Below are positions 49,150 through 61,719 of a DNA stretch of 64,000 nucleotides, in pieces (position 1 is the stretch's first letter; every line of letters begins with the position of its first letter). Source of the stretch: Eledone cirrhosa. Its lineage: Eukaryota. The translations under genes were made by a program, and so were the position numbers. Location of the stretch: the NCBI GenBank assembly GCA_964016885.1, contig OZ024741.1:356004001-356068000 (forward strand). The letters run 5' to 3'. The notes under the pieces were generated by a model, which saw only the letters and a list, made by a program, of their open reading frames with translations, did not search any database and was not told the DNA's origin.

Positions 49150-49970
49150 CAAAAATCCAAACAACAAGCATATATACCTCTGTGTATGGAGCCGAAAGCC
49201 TTCGAAAAATCAACAAATACGAGAACTGCTTTGAGATTTTTTGATCGAACTCCTTTTAGGATTCACCGAACTATCAAAACTTGTGAGCACGTAGATATAT
49301 TCTTGCGCAAGCCATTTTGGTTCTTCCTGAACATCTTATCGATCCCAGAGCGAATGTGACTGAGTAGCATTGCATTATAAATCTTAGCGGCTATATCTGT
49401 AAGGGTAATTTCTCTACAATCCTTTGAGACACCCAGGTCACCTTTCTTTGGGAAGGGAAGGATACATCCTTTCGTCTATTTCTCAATGCGGCCTTGGTGC
49501 TAAACGGTGTTGCAGAGTCGCAGGAGGATGTCATCAAACTTTCCCGTCTTCCATTCTTTGGGAGGGGTTTCGTCCACTCCAGCGGCCTTTCCATTCTTCA
49601 CTGACTTCATAAGCGTCTCTAGTTCGTCTTAGAGTATGCTCCAAGCTGAATGTCCAGTTAATGGTGACTAATTAGTAATAATCTCTAGTAGCTTTCCAAG
49701 AAGATTTTTTAATTAGGCTCTTCACAATTTTAGTTTTCCCTCCTTACTTGCAGCTTTTAACTTGGATTTCGGGGAGCCTTTTTTGTTGCTAACTTCGTTT
49801 ACAGTCTCCCATGCTATGGAGGATTATTTGCTTTCAACAGAACACTTGATTTTTTATATTTGCCTCTGTATATAGTCCTCTTGCTATTTTGGTAAATAGC
49901 GGTAAGTTCTTTCTGAGACTTGGTGAACTTGCTGATGTTAGCCATAGTTGGGCCACTGCTCTTCAGTTTA
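49150..49970 (-). pseudogene. Decayed RTE-like LINE RT fragment
   Basis: Minus-strand motifs ILPFPKKGDLG, QNGLRKN, FVDFSKAF. Confidence 0.7.
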
Positions 49971-50744
49971 AATGTGAGAATGAGAAAATAAATCTGTTTG
50001 TATTTTGTTCAAATAAATTTCTCGATGGGAGGTGGCCGAGATTATGTTTTGAATGACATGTGGGGAGTAACCGCGCTGAAGAGTATTCTTTGATGAGAGC
50101 ATTCACTGGAAAAAAGGTAGGGACTTGATCAAAGGTCACAAACGAAGATGGAACGAGGGGGAAATGGAGAGGAATTAGTCAGTGTTGTAGATATAATTAA
50201 TGTGTATAAGGAGCGGTGTCTGATGTTGTCTATTTCCATCTCCTGTAACCTAGGTAATTAACAATGTTTTGTGGCTCGGGCAGTGTGTTGATGTAGAATT
50301 GTCTCCCGTCTCCAACTATTGAGTCTATTTCAAGTGTTTTTAAATGGGATCCACTGTTGCTTACTATGGGACGAAATTGAATAAATGATTCTGCTTGTAT
50401 AACTCGGTAAAATATGTCCTCCATTTTAAATGTTTCAGTCATATAACAGAAATTATTTCATTGCAGAAGTGCTGGGGCTGGTTTTGCCACGATTTTCATG
50501 CGGATTGTGTGCATGACGACACCTTTCTTCAAACTATTGGTAAGGGCCATCTATCAATTTCTTATCTTTGCTGACTGCCAGACCACCCATCTAACTTTCA
50601 CACAGAATTGCTTTCAATTGCGCATTGATGCATACATCTGGCGCTACGCGGCAATGTATGCTGTAGTCTTTCATTTAATGAAATCTTTTGATTCTGACCA
50701 CTGGCATATATCAGTCTAAAGTCTGTCTCAAGACAATAGGCTTG

Positions 50745-50975
50745 TCAGGATGGTGCTTATCCCGGTTTCGTGGCGGGAAGAAACTGAGAGCACAAGACCC
50801 CCACCCCTGGATAGGACGCCAATCCATCGCAGGGCTAAACCCCCCTGCTATTTCTAGTACTCATTTTCAGTTGAGTATACTGGAGTCACGTGAAATGAAG
50901 TGTTTTGCTCAAAAACACAATACATAACCCCACCCAGGAATCGAAGCCACGAAATTATGATCGTCAGTCCAACAC
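50745..50975 (-). mobile_element. tRNA-derived SINE with V-like domain (remnant also at ~52470-52600+)
   Basis: Minus strand B box-like ttcgattcct; cctgcgatggattggcgtcctatccagggg. Confidence 0.6.
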
Positions 50976-51277
50976 GTCTCCTCATATATCGCAAATGTTT
51001 ATCCAGGGAATGTTACTGCTCGGTTCAAATAAGATGAACGGAATGTAGTTTATATTATTCTGTTGACTCATAAATATCTACAACAGATTCACATATTTGT
51101 AGTGCTCTCCCTCAATCTGCAGAAGAATTCACCTCATGCAGCAACCTTCGTTCTTTACAGGTCTTTCCCAATACATGGGAGGCGACCTAGAAGTGAAGAG
51201 TTTTTATTCATGGCCGTGTGGTCATTATTGGGAGCATCAGGATAGCAGGTAATTCATTGGGTGTACTATATGAATCC

Positions 51278-52400
51278 ATATATTCGTTATTAGAAGCATC
51301 ATGCTAGGAAGCAATTTAATATGTGTATTAGCTCAGTTAACTGAACTAATACGCCTATTGAGAGCATCGTACTGGGGCGCTATTTATTGTGTGTATTGCA
51401 TTATTGTATTGTATTGTATTGTATTGTGTTGTAGACCTGGCGGAATCTATCTTCTCTCAGGTCTTTATACAGCAGATTTATCTCGGGGGGGGGGGGGGGG
51501 GATAGGGAGTCGAGGAATGGAAATGACAAATAGATATAGAGGAAGAATCGACACTAGTACTATATTAGTACTTTTTTTATCGACCTCGAAAGGATGAACG
51601 GCAAAGTTGACTCCGGCAGGATCTGAACTCCGAGAAGCGGGCCGGAACGAATAACGCAAAGCATTCTATCCGATGTTCTAACGACTCTGCCGATTCACTG
51701 CCTGTTGTGTGTATTATCTGATTCCATATATCATTTCGTTATTGAAAGCATCATGCTCGGAAGCAATTTATCGTGTGTATTAGCTGAGTTAATATTACAT
51801 CATTAATGAGAGCATCATGCTCGGAGACAATATATTGTGCATTAGCACAATCCGCTTCACATTTCGTTATTAAGAATATCACGCTGAGAAGCAATTTGTT
51901 GCGTCGGATCGCGCAATCTATTTCATATTTCGTTACTGAGAGCATTATGCAGAGAAAATTACTGTAAGCATCATATTATGTGTATTAACTCAATTGTGGA
52001 TTGGCAGTATCGGTAGAGGGTCGGAGGCCATGCTTTGACGCATAGAGTTACGGCCCTTGCCATTCTGAGTTCAAATCCCGCCATGGTTAACTTTGCCTTT
52101 TATCCTTACGGGGTCGATAAAATAAAGTACCAGTAATGCATTGGGTAATTGCTGGCCTTGTGCCAAAAGTAGAAACAATTATGTGTATTATCTCAGTGCA
52201 CTTCACATATCGTAATTGAAAACCTTATGCTGGGAGACAATTTATTGTGCATTAACTCAGTGTACTTCACATATTATTGATAACATCATACGAGGTGGTA
52301 ATGTATTGTGTTTTAGCATTGTTTTTCACATTTCGTTATTGAAGGCAATTTATTTTGGGAAACAATTTATTTTGCATATTAGTTCAATCCATTTCCGTAT
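51278..52400. repeat. Degenerate ~55-63-bp minisatellite interrupted by SINEs (51555-51700-, 51997-52182+)
   Basis: cgttattgagagcatcatgct..gcaatttattgtg..ttagctca recurs more than 10 times. Confidence 0.7.
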
Positions 52401-52927
52401 CGTGCTTGACCAGGTGACGTGTTATTTCATACTGCTTCAGTCTACTCGGCTGAAAATATATTACTAGAAGTAGCTGGGAGTTACCTCTGCGACGAATTGA
52501 CATCCCGTCCAACCGGAAGTGTTATACACTCAGTCGCTTAACACCAATGAAACAGGCATATCTTGTCTGATATGCCTATGGTCTTGGGACAGACTTTAAC
52601 TAGCTAACTTTCGTCAATATCAGAGCTAAAGTCGTCTTTTCTTTCTACAACCTACAAATACCCCCCCCCCCCCCCCCCAGCATCCGCCCTTCTCTCTCAC
52701 TCCTACCCCACGATCTCCCCCCCTCTCTCTCTCTCTTTCTTTCGCTGTCTTTGATTCTTTGTATCTCTACATCAGGTCTAGTCAACATGTCCGGCCAGAC
52801 TTTCCATTCACCTGCACGTTTAGATCATTTTGGTGAAAGAGAGCCAACTTAATTAGCAAGTTCATTCTCCATTAAACCTGTTACTCCTCGTTGAGGCAGA
52901 TCAGGACATATTATTATGGAAGTATCA

Positions 52928-53250
52928 GGGCGGTGGATTGACAGTATCGGTAGAACGTCAGACACCATGCAATAGAGTTATGGCCCTTTACGTTCTGAGT
53001 TCAAATCACGCCGAGGTTAACTTTGCCTTTCATCCTTGCGGGGTCGATAAAATAAAGCACCAGTAATGCACTGGGGTAAGTGCTGGCCTTGTACCAAAAA
53101 TAGAAACAATTATTATGCCAGTTTCGGCATAGAGTTACGGCCATTGACGTTCTGAGTTAAAATCCCACCGAGGTTAGCTTTGCCTTTCATATTTACAGGG
53201 TCGATAAATAAAGCACCATTAATGCATTGTTGGCCTAGTGCCTAAATCAG
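52928..53250 (+). mobile_element. Nin-type SINE plus partial tandem copy
   Basis: A/B boxes; Nin core twice. Confidence 0.8.
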
Positions 53251-53564
53251 AAATCATCATTAGTCATTCTTGGATAACTCTTTATCAATCGATCATTCTG
53301 CTTTATACAAGTTCACTTATATCTTCAGTTTTCCGTCCACAGGAATTGGCTATTCCCTCGGCTCCTGGGGTTATTATAGGAACTGCAGGTGTATTGACAT
53401 CCATTATGCTTAAAGTATGTTTACCAGAAACAGGAAACCGTGTTTTACCACAGAAAATTGAAGACATACTCTGATCTATAATTATTATATAAAATTAAAC
53501 GTATGCAATAAATTTGTTCCTTTCCACGAAGATAATGTATATGAAGACAATGTATTTCTATCCA

Positions 53565-53658
<94 letters not shown>

Positions 53659-53877
53659 ACAGGGAGAAAAAGACGATTATTGGGAAGAAAAATATTTTTT
53701 TTTCCTTTTTATTTTTCTCTCTCTTTTTTCTGGGTTAGAAAATGATTAAAACGAAATATTTTACTTTGTGTGAAGTGTTAAGGTATTAGTTCATTTATTT
53801 ATTAATTGACAATGGCATTTATTTATTTATATATTTAATAATTGTCTATTACCGGTTTCAGCATTTTTATATATATA

Positions 53878-54775
53878 CGAGGTGGGTCAGAAAAGTTCCA
53901 GGACTGATGTCACAAAAGATTTATTTCAAACCCAAACTTCACACTAGGAGTTTTCTCCTTCAAAGTAATCCCCCTGGAGTCTAATACACTTTATCCATCC
54001 TTTTCAGCCACGCTTGCATGTCCCTCCTGGAAGGATTCTTCCGGGATCCTCCGCAGTTCCGTCGTCACGGCCTTTTTGATGTCGTCCACGTCTTCAAAAC
54101 GGGTCCCCTACGGGTCGTACTCGAAGATCCATGATTCATCACCGGTGATGACTGTCCTTAGCAAGTCTGGTTCGGTTTCAAGACGCTCGAGGATGTCCTG
54201 GCACACCTGCATGCGTCGACCCTTCTGGTCATCGTTTAGCAGTTTTGGCACCATCTTCGCGCAGACTTTCCGCATGTCCAAATCTTCAGTGAGAATCTTC
54301 CAGACACTGTCTCGATTCATGCCCAGGTCATTTGCCATCAGTCGAACAGTCAGCTGACGATCGCTACGCACATTCTGCCTGACACGCTCAACGTTGACCT
54401 CAGTCCTGGTTGTTGAGGGCCTTCCGCTCCTGGGGTCATCTTCCACGTCCTCGCGTCCTTCTTTAAACCTCTTGCACCACTCAAAAACACGTGAGCGTGA
54501 CATCGTCTCATCTCCATACACTTGCTGCAGAAATCCCAGTGCTTCTGACGGAGTTTTCAAGTTTGTTCGTTGCTCTGTGCTCATTGCTTGACGACCTGAA
54601 ACAGAGGACATGTATATAAAATTATGAGGAAAAAAGTTTGATCGCTGCAGAGAGCTAAGATTACAGTTACATACTCCAGGGGGATTACTTTGAAGGAGAA
54701 AACTCTTAGTGTGAAGTTTGGGTTTGAAATAAATCTTTTGTGACATCAGTCCTGGAACTTTTCTGACACACCTCG
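53878..54775 (-). mobile_element. Internally deleted mariner with ~100-bp TIRs
   Basis: VYGDETMSRSRVFEWCKRFKEGR..DDPRSGRP, RKVCAKMVP, ITGDESWIFEYDP; TA flanks; TIR 53878-53980/54673-54775. Confidence 0.92.
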
Positions 54776-54837
<62 letters not shown>

Positions 54838-55024
54838 GAAAATCTGCTTCGTAGAATCAAGACGTATCTGAGGACCTTGCGATTATCAGAGTCAGGTTCA
54901 ATCATCAAATAGATCGTGCCACGAGCTAGTCGCCATAGAATCGATTGTAGTATGTCCAATAAATTCCATTCGTCGCAACACTGATTCTCTTTTTTTCTGT
55001 TATATATATATATATATATATATA

Positions 55025-55477
55025 TGAAAAGTATAGAAATTGTTGTAGCGAGAAGCTAACAGTATTCCATAACATATATGCGACTATAGCGTCAAAATGG
55101 GAAAATAGTTAACATAAGATATGGGAAAATAATTCAGACTAAATTCAAAAGGAATCAGGATATAGACTTATCCAACAGAATTTAGAGAAATCCAAGGAAG
55201 AATCAATAGAGCCTTAACTCATGATAAAACAAAGTCTAAAGTACTCAACCTTCAATTTGGTACAACTTCAAATGCTCTGTATAGTCTTGAAAAGACTATT
55301 TCACGAAAACTTTCAGTGGAGATGGTCACGGTTGGATTTCGTTCCTCAGCAGAGCCCAACATGGTAACCAAGGTCTCACTGGTAATATGCCAAAAATGGA
55401 ATTTAAAAGCAGGCTAGTTTAACATCATGCGTGGTTATTAAAATAAACGCACATGTGTAAAAACAGGGCTGGTGACG

Positions 55478-55479
<2 letters not shown>
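55025..55479 (-). mobile_element. ~455-bp non-coding (TA)n-inserted element with HHR
   Basis: Unique sequence between TA tracts containing a canonical HHR. Confidence 0.75.
55274..55355 (-). ncRNA. Canonical type I HHR with stable stem III
   Basis: GCUCUG-CUGAGGA-ACGAAA..UUUCGU-GAA-AUAGUCUU uuc AAGACUAU-A/CAGAGC. Confidence 0.88.
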
Positions 55480-55569
<90 letters not shown>

Positions 55570-55997
55570 ATAGGTATGTATATATGTATGTATGCATGTA
55601 CGTACGTACGTATGTATGTATGTATGTATGTATGTATGTATGTATGTATGTATGTATGTATGTATGTATGTATGTATGTACATATATGCGTACACATTTT
55701 CTGTAGAGCATAATTGTATTTTTATCTGATACGAAAACAAATTTTCCATGATTGAATTTGTAATTTATAATTTCAATATAACTATTTCCAAGCATGAGGA
55801 TGTTTTAGAGACTGGGCCGAATTATCCCTATGTATTTCGGGCTCTCTGACGCTTCATTATATCACCCCACTACCTTAACAAAAAATATGATTATAATAAT
55901 AATAAATAAACGATGGGCCTTACTCTCCAGCCTTATAATTAATGACAAGAGACTTAATAAATTTTATAATAATATTCGTACAGAGCATTTGTTATTC

Positions 55998-56073
<76 letters not shown>

Positions 56074-56075
<2 letters not shown>

Positions 56076-56961
56076 AGGAGGTTATAGTTCACTTGAAGCA
56101 TTGTGTAATGAGGTATAAACGTTTGAATATGTGTAATAAAGCCAAAACAATGCAGATATGGACATAGAAAAAAAAAGAGAATGAAATTGTAAAAGATGTT
56201 GTTGATAATTCGTCCTTTACCTTGAATTTATTAAAATGTCCTTAATTTTCGAGATAATATCTCTTCTTCGGAGGGAAATAAAGGTCTCAAACCAGCACTT
56301 TAAATATCTAGCCAAGCCATGCTGACAGGAAATAGTATAGAGTATCTGTTCTATCTCTAATATCAAAGAATTAAAATTAGGTGGATAAAGAGTAGTCTCC
56401 CTTTAAAAGGGGTTTGTTTAGGGGTTTTTTTATTTTTATTTTATATACATGCCTGTATAAGTGTGTGGGAGAATGCATGAAGGTGTATGTATGTGGGTGT
56501 GTGTGTGTGAGTGTGGGAAGATAGGTCTATTCGTAAATGTGGGGGGTAGATGTTATCTGGTGTTAGAACTGGTTTTGTGTGTGTATGTGTGAAAGAATAA
56601 GTGGAGGTGTCAGCGTGTGTGTGTGCGCGCGTGTGTGTGGGGGGTGGTGTAAATAAGGGGCTAGAGGCCCTATCAGGTTATAAATTGGGTGTTGAGTTCT
56701 AGTCTATTATTGATTGGTGGTTGTGTTTTATCTATAATTAGTGCTTCCTTAATTCTAAGATTGCCGAGGTTTCTTTCCTTAGTTTCTATCCTAACTGTTA
56801 TGGTTTTATCGGTGTTTTTGCATTTAACTAGGTGTTTCTTAAATGAGGAAGCGTTAGTATTGAGGTGTTCTTTTATTCTTATGGGGAGTGGTCTGGTGGT
56901 GCTACCTACGTAGAAGGTGTTGCATTTGTCACACTCTAGTCTGTATACTACGTAAGCCTAG
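56074..56961 (-). mobile_element. 3' end (GIY-YIG tail plus pLTR) of the same PLE family as 16446-18903
   Basis: Reverse complement of ~18006-18903, same ctcctcc|TA terminus. Confidence 0.9.
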
Positions 56962-59900
56962 TACATTACTCAAGAATGTGATAAGCACTTTAACAAGAAA
57001 CTAAAGTGGCTTAAGCAGATAAAGCTAAATCAGGATACTATAGAGAATACCAATAGATATCCCGACAAAATTGACGGTATAAATATGGCCGACACCTCAT
57101 TAACAGAAGAGTTCAACAACAACAACAACAACAACACAAATATATATGGTAACGCAAGAATAGATAACGATGAGATGTCTGTATTATGTTTACCCCCGAA
57201 ATTTGCGACATTCAAGAAGGTAAATATGATTAGTTGTCTGTCAGAAATAGAAAAATCATTTACAAAACTACGCTGGAGCCTTAAAAACAAAAATAAAAAC
57301 AAAAGCAACAATATGCGCACACACATATACAACACACATCCCAACAACAACAGACACACAGACACAAACAACAATAACAACAACACACACATCAACAACA
57401 ACAACAACAATAACAACATACCCAGAAACAACAACAACAGACACGCAGACACAAACAACAATAACAACACACACAACAACAATAACACACACGGAGACAA
57501 CAACAACACACATCAACAACGGCACACATCAACAAAAACAACACACACGCATTCAATGCCTCTCACCACCACCGCAATCTTAACAAACACACAGGCACAG
57601 AAAACAAGTAATGACAGTAGCACAGAAATCACAGAAATAAGGGAAAGTAATAGGATTAAAAGGAGAAGGGAGACTAAGGACAAAGAGAATAACCAAGACG
57701 AACACACAGACACACAAAATAGGGTAGATAACAACAATGAGCCAGTGGAAAGAGACAGGAGTAATTATGAGAGACATAGAAACAACCATGAGGCTGTTGG
57801 TGGAAATAGAAATAGAAACAACACAACTAACAATAACAATAGCACTAGTACACATAAAGCAGCAGCCTGGAACTCTACGTTTTATAATCCCTCCGATAAA
57901 TCATTCGACCTGCGACGAGTCCACGCCACGACTTTACCATTTAACAAACGCACGCAATTGCCGTCGCAGGTCGATGAACAAACAGAAGCACAATTTAGTA
58001 TAGCTAGATCCGAACTTAGAAATATTATAGAACAGTATAGCAAGAAGCATAATAGAATGGAGGCCCAGCAACTAGGAGAAAAATCTGCAAATGGCTTGCG
58101 TAAGCTCATGCAGCGCTCGCGTAATGGAGAGATAGCATGCTTTCCAACAGACAAGTCTGGCAGAATGTCGGTTGACAGCCTGCCAAACTACATCCAGGCA
58201 ATGCAACCCCACATCACTAACACAAGAGAGGTAACACCACAGGTGTATGAGGATAGAGAAAAAGCCCTCAATGCCCATATGGTGATGTGGACGAATATAA
58301 TGCAACCCAACAAAAGGACTCCCAACAACTTCCAGGCCTGGAACAATGACGTGCCGGCGTTGTATGGGATTCGAAAAGACCATAAAACGGGCTGTGACCC
58401 TGTCGCGGGACCACCAACACGGCCAGTCTGTGGAGCTAACATTGCTAGTAACTACAAACTGTCCTACTTCCTCTCCCTGATCATACGCCCCATCATTGAA
58501 ATGTCCCCAGATGTATGTGACAGCACGGAGGACCTCCTCAGCAGAATCGGCGTGAGTAACCGATCTGGGGACCTAACAAACTGCATAATAGGCAGTATGG
58601 ATGTTGTGTCCCTGTATCCCTCTATTGACGTGGATTTTGCTGTGGAGAAATGCGTAGAAATGATCAGTTAGAGCAAGGTTGAGTTCCGTGGGATTGATAC
58701 CAGTGAGCTGGGACTCCTACTTAAGCTTACCTATATTAATTGTTACCTAGACACATATGACCTTAGCAACCTGTGCCCTACAAGACCAGCAAGAGGCAGA
58801 CCACCTACCATTACCTCAATGGCCAAGAAAACCCACACAGATAGATGGAACGGGTGGACCAGAGCCATACGGACACCCGAAAACCACGATGAACTGAAGA
58901 AAATGATTGCACATGCGGTAGGGGCCAGCATAAAACTAACCCTTAAGGAACATATGTTCAAATTTAATGGAAAAACATATGCCCAAGAGGGAGGAGCAGC
59001 CATTGGTGTTAGCATTGCAGGCGACATAGCTAACTTATTCATGGTATGGTGGGACAGTAGACTTAAACTTAAACTTAAACTTAAAGAACAATTAGAAGAC
59101 CCCTTAACCCTGATAATGTACTCCCGCTACGTAGATGATATAAACATCGTAGTTAAGACACCCCCACTAGAGAACAGTCAGGAACTAGAGAAAAACACAA
59201 TGGAAAGCATCCAGCAAATAGCAAACTCCATCCACCAGAGCATTAGAGTTACTATAGACTACCCAAGTAAACACCCCAACCATCGATTACCTGTACTAGA
59301 CACAGAGCTCTGGTTAGATACCATTAACAACCAAAAACAAATCCTCCATTCCCATTATGCCAAACCCATGACTTCCAAACATCTGATCCACCGAAACTCG
59401 GCCATTTCGGACCATACCAAAATCAACATACTGATTGCAGATTTGGTACGGGTGATGAGAAATGTGTCCTGCATGTGCAACCCCAAAGAACTAGAGAGAC
59501 ACATACAACACTTCATCCACCGTATGCAGTTCTCTGGCTACAATCAGAGAGATAAAATCAGAGTGTATAGAGGAGCCAGAACCAAATGGGAAAAAATGGT
59601 AAATAATGACATAAATGGGACCTGTCCCTTGTATAGGAGCAAATTTTGGAATAGAATAGAAAGAACTAGGAACAAGGCGAATAGAATAAACTCATGGTAT
59701 AATAGCAATAAATACCAGAGTGTAATGTTCATCAATACAACCCCTAGAGGTGAATTAGCTTACAAATTTAGAAGGGCCCTAAATAAACATAAACTCAATA
59801 TTAAGATAGTAGAAAGACCAGGTACCTCCGTAAAAACACTTATTAGCAAGACATACCCTTTTCAAAGATCCTCATGTATAGATAAGAAATGTATAACCTG

Positions 59901-60690
59901 TAAAATAAGCCCCCATATTAACTGTAAAACTAGAAATGTACTGAAGGACAATGTAGAGACAAAAATATAGTGTACATAGGTGAGACAGCTCGTAGTGTAG
60001 GGGAATGGATAAATGAACACTGGCGAGACCTTCAAGATAATAAAGAATCATCTGTACTCTACCAACATGCTAAGATAGAACACAAGGGTAAATTAGAGAA
60101 CATAGAAATAAAAATAGAGTCTACACACAGAAAAGACGCAATGTTTAGACAAATTACAGAGGCAATAAGCATAAAAGAATTACAACCAAAATTAAATAGA
60201 AAATATGAGTGGAACAGCAACATCACAACTTACAATTAAGGACAAAATGAAAACACACACATAGAACAAACAACCAACCAGTAACATGTAAATAAACAAA
60301 TAAATAAATGAACATAAACACACACAGACACCTGGATGTGGCGCATGCGCAGACTGAGCACACAACACACACACAGAAACAAAATGGCGTAGGACAGAAC
60401 AAAGGAGAGGCACAGAAACAAAGAAAGGAATCCCCAGTCACTGAAGAGGTCACAGAGTGTGTGACGAAAGAACTATGACTATATATAAACAACTATCTGG
60501 TTGTGGAACCAACCAACCAACCAGAAATTTATAAATTTATAAATTTATAAATATATAATAAATTGAAGTGAAAGCAACTGGTGCGTGTGTTTCTTATTGG
60601 CAACATGACCCTCCCAAAGTATAACAATATCGGTTTCAACACACGATTTAAGATAAAGAATCTTGCTAAACAAATTCAGAAACGAAATAA
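56962..60690 (+). mobile_element. Long PLE (YVDD RT plus GIY-YIG) with Asn-rich N-terminal insert
   Basis: Frame open from 56962 (KKLKWL, LCLPPKF, PTDKSGR, PTRPVC, SMDVVSLYPSI); single TAG at 58669 then same frame (QEGGAAIG, RYVDD); frameshift ~59940 into YIGETAR..RQITEA; stop 60239. Confidence 0.92.
60436..60480 (+). ncRNA. Minimal type I HHR in PLE pLTR
   Basis: AGUCA-CUGAAGA-(G)GUCACA gagug UGUGAC-GAAA-GAAC-UA/UGACU. Confidence 0.8.
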
Positions 60691-60691
60691 A

Positions 60692-60865
<174 letters not shown>

Positions 60866-61369
60866 CCCGGGTCCAATCGGGGGTAAGTAAGGTACTCAAT
60901 ACATATATATACCATTTATGTTAAGCTGTTTACCAATGGGTAGAACTGATGGTTCTGGTAGGTAAATGATGCAATAAATTAATTAAAGCATTCAACGTAT
61001 GAAAATATTCCATCGTAGATTGGTATCCCGGGGCTGATGCAGGAACGAAGTTAAATATTCATTAAAAACAACAACCGAAGGCCAGACTAGAAATTTACTT
61101 TAGAATTTTAATTCCCCGAAAGTGTTATACATATGTGGATGGCCCAGCCTTATCATGCGATCATTATGTAAATCTTAAACGATATCATCAGGTGTTAATT
61201 GCAGAATTAGTTCCATGAGACAACAAGATTACGTCGAACACCTCTGTTTGTGTTGGAACAGGCTGGGATCGAAAAGTTGGAAATTGAAGCATCCTCCCCG
61301 TCTAACAGTTCAGCAGGTTACCAGAACTGGGAAATTCCCAACAAATAGAACAAACACTAAAAAACAACA

Positions 61370-61690
61370 ATCGAAATAAGAAAACAAACCAAAGATGGAC
61401 TAGGTAAATATAAACAGGTTATGGCAGCGTTCTATACGGCATTAAACAACCTCCAAATAGATATTACAAAACTGAATGGAGGAAACTGATCGGCGAAAAT
61501 ATCCACCCATGCATAGATGTCAGTAAACTAGGAAACACACGCAGATACATTGTAAAAGAAAACAAATTGGCACTGATTGAACTAGAACAGATAATAAGAC
61601 AATGTAATAGCAGAGAACTAGAAATACTAATACAGCCTAACAACATCCGACCACCGTCATTTAAACAAAAGTTCATAGATTTATGACACG
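61370..61690 (+). pseudogene. Possible N-terminal remnant of an R4/Dong-clade non-LTR element
   Basis: QRWT..; W....HP......LGNTRRYIVKENKLALIELEQI resembles the R4/Dong N-terminal motif (from recall). Confidence 0.4.
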
Positions 61691-61719
61691 GGAACATAGG
61701 GTCACAAAAAAGTCATAAC

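Noticed and set aside
54860-54900. CTGAGGA as an HHR core
   Set aside because: No GAAA, stem III or stem I partner found
58669-58671. Programmed readthrough or two-ORF organisation of the long PLE
   Set aside because: A single TAG inside the RT domain is more simply a nonsense mutation in one copy
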